From Octopus vulgaris (Eukaryota): 64,000 bases of DNA. The stretch spans positions 55,924,001-55,988,000 of the forward strand of contig OX597823.1 of NCBI GenBank assembly GCA_951406725.2, read 5' to 3'. Every line of letters begins with the position of its first letter. Within the stretch, counting starts at the first letter, position 1. Shown here one piece after another: positions 12,611 through 25,715 of the stretch. Below the pieces are notes generated by a model. The model was not told the DNA's origin. It ran no database searches and saw only the letters and a list, made by a program, of their open reading frames with translations. Made by a program: the position numbers and the translations under genes.

Positions 12611-13009
12611 GTTTGCCTTCCAACTAAGAATTGGTCCAGTAGACAGACTTAATGGTCAAAAGTATTCCAGCCGTGTAACTTTTCCTCTGCCTTTTCCTCT
12701 GTGTGAGGAAACCGAGGACTTACATTATTCAATGCGTCCCATTTCTCTTTAAGACGAAAAGGAGACGTAGTTGCTATTTCTAGCAGGTCGAGTGACCGCG
12801 TAGAAGAAGCTTTGTCGTTAGCTCGTCAATTGCAGCTATGTTGTTGTTGTTGTTGTTGTTATTGTTGTTGTTGTTGTTGTTGATGATGTCGTTGCTGTTT
12901 CCTGCTTCTCTTCTTACTGCTGTAGTTTTAATCTTTATTTATTTATTTTGGTTTGTTTTTTTTCCTGCTGTTATCGTTGCTGCTTTTGTTAACTATTTTC
13001 TTCGCTTCT

Positions 13010-13680
13010 GCGTCGCCATCGACGCCATCATCAACATCGTCGCCATCGACGCCATCATCAACATCGTCCCCATCGACGCCATCATCAACATCGTCGCCAT
13101 CGACGCCATCATCAACATCGTTGCCATCGACGCCATCATCAACATCGTCGCCATCATCAACATCGTCGCCATCATAAACATCGTCGCCATCATCAACATC
13201 GTCGCCGCTGTCGCCATCGTCGCCATCATCAACATCATTGCTATCGTCGCCATCATCAACATCGTCGCCATCGACGCCATCATCAACATTGTTGCCATCG
13301 ACGCCATCATCAACATCGTTGCCATCGACGCCATCATCAACATCGTCGCCATCGACACCATCATCAACATCGTCGCCATCGTCGCCATCGTCGCCATCAT
13401 CAACATCGTCACCGCTGTCGCCATCGTCGCCATCATCAACATCGTCGCCATCATCAACATCGTCGCCGCTGTCGCCATCGACGCCATCATCAACATCGTC
13501 GCCATCATCAACATCGTTGCCGCTGTCACCATCGACGCCATCATCAACATCGTCGCCATCATCAACATCGTTGCCGCTATCGCCATCGACGCCATCATCA
13601 ACATCGTCGCCATCATCAACATCGTCGCCATCATCAACATCGTCGCCATCGACGCCATCATCAACATCGTCGTCGTCGTT
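13010..13680. repeat. Minisatellite built of 9-bp modules (catcgtcgc/catcgacgc/catcatcaa) in 18- and 27-bp units
   Basis: Seen directly. Gives spurious IINIVAIDA / MLMMASMAT ORFs. Confidence 0.95.
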
Positions 13681-13752
13681 CTTGTTGTAAATCCAGTTGT
13701 TTATTCTGGTGTGAGGCTGTAGTCTCTGCTGCAGCTATGTTTTTGTATTCAC

Positions 13753-13803
<51 letters not shown>

Positions 13804-14267
13804 TCTATTTATTTATTTATTTGTTGTTACTATTAATGCTACAGGTACAGCTATAGGGCTTCCGCTAGTTATGATGTCGTTGTTAATGTTGCTGCTGTTG
13901 GTCCTGATAACGATGATGGTGCTGGAGATGATGATGCTGTTGCTGTTCTCATTTTTATTGTTTATTTCCGTTGTTATTCTTATGGTCATCTCTTAATGCA
14001 GTTACAGTTACAGTTTTGTTGATGCTTTGGTCTCGTTGTTGTTGTTGTTGTTGTTGTTGCTACTGCTGCTGCTGCTGCTGTTGTTGTTGTCGTCGTTGTT
14101 GTTTTAACGCTTCTACTCCTGTGGAGGTCGTTACTATGGTTTCTCTTGTTGCTATCGTTACTGACGTTGCTGCATGTTCTTGTTAGAACAGCTTATGTTT
14201 GCTTGTCAACAATGTCTTGTTATTCCTTGTTATTGTTATTGTTATTATTACTATTATTACTTTTGAA

Positions 14268-15400
14268 GGCGGCGAGCTGGCATACTACAGAAGATATGAG
14301 CAAATCTTCGAGAATGAATGTAAATACTGGGACAGCGAGATGAAAAACGCGCTTAATCTTGAGAAGACTTGCGGCGGCGAGCTGGCAGAAACGTTGGCAC
14401 GCCGGGCGAAATGCGTAGCCGTATTTCGTCTGCCGTTACGTTCTGAGTTCAAATTCCCCCGAGGTCGACTTTGCCTTTCATCCTTTCGGGGTCGATAAAT
14501 TAAGTACCAGTTACGCACTGGGATCGATGTAATCGACTTAATCCATTTGTCTGTCCTTGTTTGTCCTCTCTGTGTTTAGCCCCTTGTGGGTAGTAAAGAA
14601 ATAGGTATTTCGCCTGCTGCTACGTTCTGAGTTCAAATTCCGCCGAGGTCGACTTTGCCTTTCATCCTTTCCGGGTCGATTAAATAAGTACCAGTTACGC
14701 ACTGGAGTCGATATAATCGACTTGATCCGTTTGTCTGTCCTTGTTTGTCCTCTCTGTGTTTAGCCCCTTGCGGGTAGTAAAGAAAAAGGTATTTCGTCTG
14801 CCGCTACGTTCTGAGTTCAAATTCCGCCGAGGTCGATCTTGCTTTTCATCTTTTCGGGGTCGATAAAATAAGTATCAGTTGAGTACTGGGGTCGATGTAA
14901 TCGACTGGCCCCCTTCCTCCAAGCTTCAGGCCTTATACCTATAGAAGAAAGGATTATTATGCCCTTTTCGGGAGCGTTAGTACACCGGACAAAATGCTTA
15001 GTACATTTCGTCTGCTGTTTAAGCTCTGAGTTTAAATTCCACTGAGGTCGACTTTGCCTTTCATTCTGTCGGGGTCGATGATAAAATAAGTACCCATTGA
15101 GAACTGGGGTCGAGATAAATGACTTACCCCACCCCTATAATTACTAGGCTTGAGCGAAAATTTAAAGCCCTTACTACTGTGCTTTTTTAAGGAGGCGAGC
15201 TGGCAGGGTCGTTAGCGCACTGGAAATAAAGGTTTTGCGGCTTTTCGTCTGTCATTAATCTCAATCTCCACTGATGCTGACTTTGCATTTTATCTTTTCG
15301 GGATCAATAAAATAAGTACCAGTCAACTACTGGGATCGATGTAATCGACTAACCCCTCCCCTCAGAAACTTCTGGCCCTGTGCCAAAATTTGAAACCATT
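14268..15400 (+). mobile_element. Cluster of SINE family A (ggcggcgagctggcagaa head; ttcggggtcgataa..aagtaccag core) with tandem ~183-bp internal units
   Basis: Units start at ~14421, ~14604 and ~14789, with further copies at ~14975 and ~15192. Same family at ~17436, 21430, 36810, 51070 (+) and 25870, 31095, 43785, 45430, 57200, 60008, 63315 (-). Confidence 0.85.
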
Positions 15401-15460
15401 ACTACTATGCCTTTTGCAAGCATTTTATAATATTCCAGTTGTATTACTGTAGTAGCAGAT

Positions 15461-15790
15461 GGCGCATAGCTCAGTGGTTTGAGCGTCGGGCTCACTATCA
15501 TGAGGTAGTGAGTTCAGTTCCCGGATCAGGCTGTGTGTTGTCTTCTTGAGCAAGACATTTTATTTCACGTTGCTGCAGTTCACCCAGCTGTAGAAACGAG
15601 TTGCAACGTCACTGATGCCAAACTGTATCGGCTTTTACCTTTCCCTTGGATAACATCGGTGTTGCGTAGAAGGGAGGCGGGTACATATGGCAACTGTTGC
15701 TCTTCCATAAACAACCTTGTCCGGACTTGTGCCTCGGAGGGTTACTTTCTAGATGCAATCCATGGTCATTCCCCAAGGAGGTCTTTAACC
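15461..15790 (+). mobile_element. tRNA-derived SINE family C
   Basis: A box tagctcagtgg and B-box-like gagttcagttcc, then gtgttgtcttcttgagcaagac. Homologues at 41220-41540 and 24838-25135 (+), 29380-29545 and 51990-52125 (-). Confidence 0.8.
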
Positions 15791-16297
15791 TGTATTTTGG
15801 GGAGTAGTCGTGGAGTATTGTACACTCCCGTGTCAGCCTTGATCTGGCAAATCATAGATCGTACCCATCCTGTCATTATTCATATACAGTGTGAATGTCT
15901 AACTAGTCCTACTATACCCAATGTGCCCTTCAGGTTTTAAGAAGATTGGGCATGATTTCAGAAAAGTTGGACTGCTATTTTTCGTCGGCCGAGCGATTAC
16001 ATTTTGGAAGTCATTGACGATTTTGCTAGTATCACTGAAATTGTTGTTGTTGTTGTTGTTGTTGTCATTACTGCCTACTGTCATTGTTTTATCTTTTATC
16101 TTTAATCTTTCACTTGTTTCAGTTATTGGAGTGCGGCCATGCTGGGGCACCACCTTGAAGGATTTTAGCCGAACAAATCGACCCCAGTACTTCTTAACTT
16201 TTAAGCCTGGCACTAATTTTATCGGCTCTCTTTTTTCCGAACCGCTAAGTCACAACACTGGTTGTCAAACGGCGGTGCGAGACAAACACTGACACAG

Positions 16298-16345
<48 letters not shown>

Positions 16346-17759
16346 CACAGGAATCGACCCATGGTAAATTGTGATATGGCTATTGTTCACAACAGAACAT
16401 ATGCAATATGTGGAAAGGTGTGCCTTTCATTTGGAGGATTGAAAAGGCATGACGAAAGAATTCATACTGTGGCACCTGTTTCTTCTGCCAGCCTGCACAG
16501 CCGAGCATTATGTAATAGAATGGGAAAAAACTTTCGCTGGGCTCAAGAGTCATACAAGAACCTCACATTGCATCAACATTGACTCAGTTCAATGATTCTT
16601 TCTAGTAATGACTCTAAAACACTTAAAAAGTTAAGTAAGAAATGATTAGAACATTTGGCTTCTGACAATACGGAAAAGTTAAGTAACATTTATATAATTC
16701 AGACAAAGGTCCTTTTATCAGAAGTCAAAGGGTTAAAGAAATGTAATGTCATATGGATTACCATACGGGGTAGTTTATGTAAATCTATATTTCTCTACGC
16801 GATTCACATTTGATGATGGGTCTTATAAAATGAAAATGAAAGTTACTTAATTTTCCCTTTTCGAACTGTCAGAAGCTTTCCGTCTTCAATATTAATTTTT
16901 CACTTCTGTATCACAACGCTTCAAGCAAGCCACGAAGCTCTTCCACCGATGATGTTAGCAGTCCTGCAAAGTCTACAAAATACTACAAAACACTCACACC
17001 ACATATCCAAACAATTTATTTGCCAACACTTCAGAAAAATACACATCTTTAACAGTAAAAAACAACAAAAATAATGATAGCATGATAACGTTTCAAACAT
17101 GAACTACTGTTGCTATCTTCCTCGCCAAAGTCACTAGTATACGTACATCAAATATTTAAAATAAACGCTTTACACACAAAAATAAACTATAAATGTGATG
17201 TAAAACATTTTTATATTTTATATAATGGAGTCATGAACGGTATAAAATAACTCTTATGGAATTAATAAATTTCACCGTCACACACGATATTCATGTAACA
17301 ATATTTCAGTAACCATTCTCATTAGAAGAATCCAGTTTATACTTAAATAAGACAGAGCTTTTTACTGTGGAGGTTGCCTTATCACAACATACATAAAAAT
17401 AACAGTACTATTCGTTTATATACTAACATTTGTAAGGCGGCGAGATGTAGAATCGTTAGCACGATGGGCAAAAGTTTTGGCGGCACTTCACTCGTCTTCA
17501 CGATCTGAGTTCAAATTCCACTGAGGTCGGATTTGCCTTTCATCGTTTCGGGGTCGATAAAATAAGTACCAGTTGAGCATTGAGGCCAGTGGGATTGACT
17601 TACTCCCTACCCCGAAATTACTGGCCGTGTGCTAAAATTTGAAGCCAATATATCAACATTCGTAACAAGTAAGGAACGGCACATATCGTGAAATGTCAGC
17701 TTTTTAGAGAAAAATCTAGCAACATTCAGCATAATAAAATAATAAATACATACATGCAT

Positions 17760-18108
17760 TATGGCTGCTCCTCGTTATCGCGTATGGCCATTGCACGAAG
17801 CTTAGCTGTTACTGGTGCTGTGATCGAATGTGACTTTTTAGCCCAGCTAAGGATCTACAATGTTTTGTACAAAATTGGCAACTGAAACCTTTACTGGTAA
17901 TAGCCGGCTGTAGTTGTAACTGGGCTTCATGTACCTTTGCATGTCGTTTAAGTCCTCCTGCCGAATTACACTCTCTTCCACATGCCCGACAGATATAATT
18001 AGTATGGTGTGTAACACCACCACCAGTGGCCAGGTTGTCACTCATCTGCCTCGTTTTATGACTACGAAGATGACTCTTGAGTCCAGCTTTACTGAGGCAG
18101 GGTCTTGC
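17760..18108 (-). mobile_element. LINE 3' end with C2H2 zinc fingers (RTE-like)
   Basis: CARPCLSKAGLKSHLRSH, CRACGRECNSAGGLKRHAKVH, CQFCTKHCRSLAGLKSHIRSQH then stop. More degenerate relative at ~16345-16580 (+). Confidence 0.65.
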
Positions 18109-19199
18109 ACATACATACATACATACATACATACATACATACATACATACATACATACATACATACATACATACATACATACATACATACATACATACAT
18201 ACATACATACATACATACATGCATGCATGAAACCGTAACTACATAACACATTTTTCTTGAAGTTATGAACTGAATACTGATTTATTTAACTGTTGTAAAA
18301 GAGTGAAAGAAAACCCCGCTCTTGGATATATATCAACCGAAGCAACAAGTCGCGTATTTGGTATGGGAGACTATTTATCGTAAATACAATGAACACTCTC
18401 TCCAGCTTTGAAACCACAACTATCAGCCGTGTTAAATAACTGGTTAATCTTGAGAGGAATTAACTTAGGGAGACTTTTATTCACGATCGTAGTGATTTTC
18501 GACTGAAACTTGACTTTACTATGCATATAGTTACTACCAAAAACAAGGCTGGACACATCAGCAACAACACAGCTGGGGAACAGAATGAAAACAACAGCTC
18601 AACAGGTAAACAAATTCTTCCTAGTCGTCGTTATACAAGAGCTGTAACCTCAAAGCACACTTTTCTTGGAGTTATGAATTGAATATTGATTTATTTGTTA
18701 TAAAAGAGCGAAACGAAACCCCGCAGTCGGATATATGAATAGATTGAAATCATACTGGAACGATCGGCACCCAAAACTAAATCATTTTACTGCGAAACAA
18801 TTACGTCAACAGGTAACAATTGTGGAACATAGGAAAACAGTTAGTGAATGTAACTTTATAGAAAAAAAATATCTGAAATTAACCTTCTCCCAAACAGTAT
18901 AAACGAAAACATGAATGATATTAGAACACGACGTGATTTAACAGTAAACGTCATTCCAACAGATATTATACTGCTTGCCAGCCAAACTACATTACAGGCT
19001 AAAATAACTGACTACTGTTCCTCTACTACAAGTATAGTAAATAGCAGGCACAACAGCAACGTTCATTGTAGTTTTAGTGGTTGAGGTTATATGTTGGTGA
19101 AATATGCCCTTAGTAAATGTTTTCATGACAAAGCAACTTTGGTTTTGAAGTACTCTTTCTTCGAAAGAATATTCTCTACAGAAATAATCAAAAGACCAG

Positions 19200-19990
19200 A
19201 GGCTGATAACATTATGAGACATGGAAGGCAGCTCCGTGAGCAGCGATTTTTGTCTGATAACCTTGAATACATGCCCAAAGAAGACGCACAATTCTACTGC
19301 AACGTATCATCAGATGAAAGGACGAGAGCATATATCAGCAGAAGTCCATACATGGATATGTTAGCAGAAAGCTCCGGGATGATACTAATATTGATCAGCA
19401 AAGTAGTCTATCGTGGCCCAACAACCGGATTACTAACTCCCACTTTGAAGGTTATGCTTTTGCAATCCAGGAACAGGAAATATCAAGCAAATACCTAATA
19501 CACAAAAGGGACAGAGACGCAGGAAAAGCACCACAGTGTGATAACCAATGCAGACTTTGTGTGGCTAACACCGAAGATGTCACCCGCATCATAAGCATTT
19601 GTTCTAAAATTTCATCACGGTATCATCTATCGAAGAGACATGATGTTGTAGCTAAAACACTGTATAACGAGATCCATCGGAAGGATAACCTTGAGGCTAA
19701 AGAATTAAGAACCCACAGTATGGTAGAAGCCATAGCTACTCATAATATAAAGGAGTACTGGTGGAGTATCTCAGTGAAAACCTCAATACAGTGTAAACAT
19801 AATAAACCTGACATAGTGAATTGAAACGGAGAAGAGATGCTGTATACAGTTGTGGAGGTCAGCTGCCCAGCAGATGTTAACATAAAGCTAAAGATCAGCG
19901 AGAAAGGAAATAGCTACGTTGAACTATTGAGAAATCTACACTTATTCTATCCAGATTACAAATTCAGATTTATACCTGTAATTATTAGAT
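19200..19990 (+). pseudogene. R4/Dong-like non-LTR retrotransposon fragment (CCHC finger and restriction-like endonuclease)
   Basis: CRLC...EDVTRIISIC...RHDVVAK...WW...KHNKPDIV...VVEVSCPADVN...K...Y..L, with stops and frameshifts. Same family at ~28730-29090 (-) and ~30940-31500. Confidence 0.8.
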
Positions 19991-20577
19991 CCATGTAGAA
20001 GTTGAACAGAGAACATCATACGGATATCTGCGCGTTTGTCATTTGGGGCCCTGTCATAACCCACTGATCTAAGAATGTAAGTACGAATAATCTTAACTTT
20101 CCCATTTTTATCCTGTTTGTAATATAATAATACATTTTAACTAAAATTATAAGAAAAAAATCTTTATTAATCAAATTCATTACCTATCGTTTCTGTTTTC
20201 TGAAGTGGCTGAAAAAAAATCAATCAAGATAAGTGTATTGTTATTGTGGGTGTAATAGTATGTGTGCTGTGATTGTGGCCCTTTGATAATATGCAAATGG
20301 CTTCTTTATTATTATTACATTAAAAAAATATTAAACTTTAATTTTTAAATACAATTTAAGAACAACGCATTCACCAGATTCCAAAGATTATACCAGAACA
20401 ATAATTTTCTTTTTAACAAAAAAAAAATTAAGAAAAAAATTCAATTATAATTGTTACGCATGGAAAATGTTTTCTTCCGTTAAAAAGAATTAAAGAAAAA
20501 ACCAATTACCTTAACTAAATGAAATTTAGCACTCGAATATTTGCGACAATATTAATTACTTTTATCCCTAATTTACA

Positions 20578-21245
20578 GATGGTGAAGCGAGGCCCTATGG
20601 ACATATTTTTTATCAAGCCGAGACATCCGGTTGCTGAACGCAATACTGAAACAAGACGGCGATGTAAATGAAACCGAAGTATTGCCGACAAAAGGAATTC
20701 TTACTAGCTTCACTCGGAAATATGACTCCTCATACATTCAATTCGCTTTTGTTGCCACGAATGATGGGGGAATGCAAAAACCGCAGTTTGTTATTTGTGG
20801 AGATGTGTTGGCTAAGGACTCAATGAAGCCATCAAATTTCAAGAGACATTTAAATACAAAACATAAAGAAATGAGTTCAAAGCCGAAAGTGTTCTTTGAA
20901 GGAAAGCATGTTGATTTAAAAGGCCGTCAGAAACAGATTTTTGAAGTATCACACATAAATAATTGTGCTTTGAGAGCTTCTTATAAAAAGCCATACACAA
21001 TCGGTGAGACGCTAGTGATAGGCTGTTTTCAAGATGTCTGCATGGAAATGCTAGGCGAGCCGGCGGCAAAGAAAGTGGATCAGGTGCCACTTTCAAACGA
21101 CACTATACCTCAGTGAATTCATGATCTGGCTCACGATATGGAAGATCAGCTCATAGACAGATTAAATTAGCTAAGTACTTTTCTTTGCAGCTTGATGAAT
21201 GTATAGCCTTTGTTAATCAGACATTTCTGATGGTGTACATTTGCT
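20578..21245 (+). pseudogene. hAT (Charlie/Buster, ZBED5/SCAND3-like) transposase fragment
   Basis: RKYDSSYIQFAF...KPQFVICGDVLAKDSMKPSNFKRHLNTKH (degenerate BED finger), KPYTIGETLV, VPLSNDTI, then YFSLQLDE after a frameshift. Confidence 0.88.
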
Positions 21246-21799
21246 AAAAAGTGGGGAAATGTAGCGAAAATGGTCCGTGTGAATGGACCTACTCTAAAAA
21301 TGCGTCTGTAGGCTAGTGAATTTAAGAGAGAGAAAGGTGTCCCTCCCAGGTGCCCTCAAAGTCCCCACTGACCATATCTACTGGTGGCCAATAAATGAAG
21401 TTATTATTATTACTAATAATATTACTATCAGGACGGCGAGCTTGCAGAATCGTTAGCGTGCCGGGCAAAATACTTAGCAGTATTCCACCATGTCTACGTT
21501 CTGAGCGCAAATTCGGCCGAAGTCGATTTTGCCTTTCATCCTCTCGAGGTCGATAAAATAAGTAGCAGCTGAACACTAGAGTCGCTGCAATTGACTCATC
21601 CTCACTTCCCTCAAGATGCCCTTGTTGCCAAAATCTGAAATAATAATCCTTGTTATTATTCATTTTGTTCCTCGCGAAGTACGTGTGCATTCATCTTTAC
21701 TATATTTTTTAAAATTCAATTTTAGAATGATTGAAGCATGTGTTTGAAAATTACGAAACATATTGAACTTATTTAGCGTGTGACTTTGGCCTGCCCGGT

Positions 21800-21836
<37 letters not shown>

Positions 21837-21849
21837 TATATAAATAGAC

Positions 21850-21951
<102 letters not shown>

Positions 21952-22429
21952 ATGTATATTTTTAAACGCTTGCAGGTGCGGTAATTTTTCTAAGGGCGAT
22001 CCCTTTAAAAACGAACAGTGTTAAAAAAAAAAAACACTATACTTCAAAGTTTGGCGAAATGAATGGGAACGACATACATCGATATTTTGCAGGGTTTATA
22101 TTTTCTTTGTTGTTTTGTTTTGTTCTGTATTTCTTGCTCATTAGTGTCGTACACTCGCCTCACTTCCAAACGAATCCGAATTGGTAGCCTGAAAGAGAAG
22201 AACAAACGTATGTAAATAGTCGTATGTGCATAATTTGACTTCACTAACCTTCCACCGAATTACACAGTCAAAATACGAGATGTATATTCTCTCACAAATT
22301 ATATTATTGAATGAGACTTCAAACCGCTCGAATACTGCTGTATTACGAGCATTTTTTCCCGGAATAGTAGATACAAAGAGCAATATTAACACCATGATTA
22401 ATGTATGTATGCATGTATGTATATATGTA

Positions 22430-22838
22430 TAGGTGCAGGAGGGGCTGTGTGGTAAGTAGTTTGCTTACCAACCACATGGTTCCGTATTCAGTCCCACTGT
22501 GTGGCACCTTGGGCAAGTATCTTCTACTATAGTCTCGGGCCAACCAAAGCCTTGTGAGTGGATTTGGTAGACGGAAACTGAAAGAAGTCCGTCGTATATA
22601 TGTGTATGTATATGTATGCGTGTGTGTGTTTGTGTGTCTGTGTTTGTCCCCCAACATCGCTTGACAACCGATACTGGTGTGTTTACGTCCCCGTAACTTA
22701 GCAGTTCGGCAAAATAGACCGATAGAATAAGTACTAGGCTTACAAAGAATAAGTCCTGGGATCGATTTGCTCGACTAAAGGCGGTGCTCCAGCATGGCCG
22801 CAGTCAAATGATTGACACAAGTAAAGAGAGTAAGAGAA
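22430..22838 (+). mobile_element. tRNA-derived SINE family B with CORE-like segment and internal microsatellite
   Basis: Head gtggtaag...gttccg..ttcagtccc, ggcaccttgggcaagt (CORE-like), internal (TA/TG)n, tail gactgaaacaagtaaaagagta. Copies at ~36290, 43963, 27150 (+) and 1675, 9735, 16105, 22960, 32415, 37298, 41660, 43190, 47138, 63548 (-). Confidence 0.85.
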
Positions 22839-24224
22839 AACTATCCACACCAACACACGTGTACAGCAAGGCCTAACTAGGCGCCACCTGCTTCCCAGAG
22901 CAATAGCCAAAAAATTTCCCAACTTCCCTCGAACTTAAGTCGTTTTTTTTAAAAAACTTTTTACTTGTTGAAGTTATTGAACTGTGACCATGCTGAAGGG
23001 TTTTATCGATCGAACAAATCGACCCCAGGACTTATTTCTTATAGTCTGGTACTTATTCTATCAGTCTCTGCTTCTAAATTGTCAAGTGATGCTGGGGACA
23101 AAGGTAAACATATACATACATACATATATATACACATACATACATACATACATACATACATACATACATTCATACATACATACATACATACATACACACA
23201 CACACATACATACATACATACACACATACATACATACATACAAACATACATACATACATACATACATGCATACATACATACATACATACATACATACATA
23301 CATACAAACATACATACATACATACATACATACATACAAACATACATACATACATACAAACATACAAACATACATACATACATACATACATACATACATA
23401 CATACAAACATACATACATACATACATACATACATACATACAAACATACAAACATACATACATACAAACATACATACATGCATACATACATACATACATA
23501 TGTACGGCGGGGTTCTTCCGGTTTCCGCCAAACAAATCTACTCACAACGCTGTAGTCGGCTCGAGTCAGTAGTAAAAGACACTTGGTCAAGATGCTTTGT
23601 GGTTGATACGCAAACCTCTTACAACACAGCCACACTACCTAACAACTGTTCTCATAACAGACACTCGCGTACGTACGCACGCATGGCCGTGCGTACACGC
23701 ACGCATACACACATATACACACATACACACAACCAAGCAAACAAATAATAAAGAAAACAACTTGCCTTAGAAGCTTCAAAAAATAAATCAAACAAAATCG
23801 AACGAGTCCTATCAAAAAACGGAATCGGGGTTTTTCAGAATTCGACATTAACAACAGCCAGCAACCTTGGACACTGGCACTACAGCACATACACTCAGCA
23901 AAATAGTTATAGACGAATCTGAAAGCATATTTCACAATGCAACATTAAAAGAATATGACCCCAATTACACATCAGAAATAGCCGGCCTCATTTCAGAACA
24001 GAGTTATCCTTGAATAAAGTACATCAAAGCCATACACAAGCTCAATAAAATGCATCAAGCAACTAAACAAAGACATAAATAAATAAATAAATAAATAAAT
24101 CATTGTAAAACATGAAACTACCAAATATTTGCATTCAACATAAACCATAAAACGTTATACAGTATTAAAGCATTATGAAAAATATTCGGCAGCAGTAGTA
24201 ATAGCAGCGACAGCAGCTGCAGTG

Positions 24225-24810
24225 GAGACGCAATGGCCCAGTGGTTAGGGCAACGGACTCGCGGTCGTAAGAACGCGGTTTCGATTCCCAGACCGAGCAT
24301 TGTGAGTGCTTATTGAGCAAAAATACCTAAGGTCCACAAGGCTCCGGCCGCGGCGAGGAGTGAACCATGCTATACTTTTTCACCACAACTTTCTCTCACT
24401 CTTTCTTCATACTTCTGCCACAAAGCAGAGGAACCATGGTGTAACCCACTATGGTGTGGTAAACTTCCAGACCCTAGTGTAGATTGCGAATCCTCTGTAC
24501 CACAGGATGGTTCAGCTCTCCACCTATTAAAAAGCGACCGTTTACGGAATGAGGATAATAGCGTAGCTTTCGCGCCCGTGCAACCACCAGTCTATCGCGT
24601 GTGGTGGGTGGATCTTCGAGTTGCCACACGCATTCTAAGTAGCTTAGAGTAGGCTCGAATTAGAGATTATTCTTTGTGGCTAATGACGTGAGTCCTGATT
24701 GAAAGAAGAAGAAGAAGAAGAAGAAGAAGAAGAAGAAGAAGAAGAAGAAGAAGAAGAAGAAGAAGAAGAAGAAGAAGAAGAAGAAGAAGAAGAAGAAGAA
24801 GAAGAAGAAG
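24225..24810 (+). mobile_element. tRNA-derived SINE family D with (GAA)n tail
   Basis: A box tggcccagtgg, B box gtttcgattcc, ~470-bp body, then (GAA)n. Full homologue at 48813-49377 (-). Shared head at 33328-33520. Confidence 0.85.
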
Positions 24811-25134
24811 ACAGCAGCCATGTCACAAAAATCATAATCGCGTAGCCTAGTAGTTAAACTGTTGCACTCACGATCGCAAGATCTTGGTTTCGATTCCCAG
24901 ACCGGCCGTGCGTTGTGTTCTTGAGAGCAAAACACTTCATTTCATGTTACTCTGACTCAGTTGTAAATGATAACTCTGCAACGGCCTGACATTCCGATAA
25001 GGTAGAATGTTAGCCTGTCCGCCCAGCCAGCGAAGTGGCATCGTGCGAAAGCTACGACAATGAGGTCAAACACACTATGACAAGCCCAGCAGTGTATAGT
25101 AAAATCCGATTGCCTGGTCGATGCAGTGTTAAAG

Positions 25135-25233
<99 letters not shown>

Positions 25234-25305
25234 ATATTAGGGAATAAATCCAAATTTACAAGGAAAAATCAGATTAAAATTGAATCCAACTTATAGTAAA
25301 ATATT

Positions 25306-25460
25306 ATATTATAATAAATTAGAGACAAAACCACTATTATGCAAATCAAACAAAGAAAGACTTAAGCCAATACATAAAATATTTTATTTTATGTATTGGC
25401 TTAAGTCTTTCTTTGTTTGATTTGCATAATAGTGGTTTTGTCTCTAATTTATTATAATAT
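25306..25460. repeat. Perfect hairpin, ~76-bp arms and 3-nt loop
   Basis: 25306-25381 is the reverse complement of 25385-25460. Confidence 0.9.
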
Positions 25461-25470
25461 ATATATATAT

Positions 25471-25676
25471 CACCCATTCCCTTCTGGTCATTTCAAAATG
25501 TAACTACATGCGGATCGTTGCCGATTTTTTCTTCCGCCTTCCTTTAATCTCTGTCTCCCTTTTCTGAAGATGACCTTTGCCCGAAACGTAAAACTACTTT
25601 TCTTTCCTTCCCTGAGCGTCTGCTAATAATTTTCATGTACCACGTCCTCACGTTGTTGTTTTTTTCTCATTGGATT

Positions 25677-25680
<4 letters not shown>
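25471..25680 (+). mobile_element. Short PLE 3'-end element with degenerate hammerhead
   Basis: tttt-CTGAAGA-t-gacc(ttt)gccc-GAAACGT-a-aaac at 25560-25594. Colinear with the 2354-2560 and 3069-3280 elements. Confidence 0.6.

Positions 25681-25715
<35 letters not shown>

Noticed and set aside
11418-12752. Poly-V/A/T/L/C ORFs resembling antifreeze or mucin proteins
   Set aside because: Pure trinucleotide repeats with no splice or codon-diversity evidence
12838-13722. 294-aa hydrophobic repeat ORF with apparent signal peptide
   Set aside because: Derived from (TTG)n plus a minisatellite, and open in several frames on both strands
14421-14960. Regularly spaced repeats as a CRISPR-like array
   Set aside because: Whole units repeat with no unique spacers. 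These are SINE bodies in a eukaryotic context
24225-24300. tRNA genes at SINE heads (also 15461, 33328, 41220)
   Set aside because: A and B boxes are present, but there is no complete cloverleaf and each continues into a SINE body
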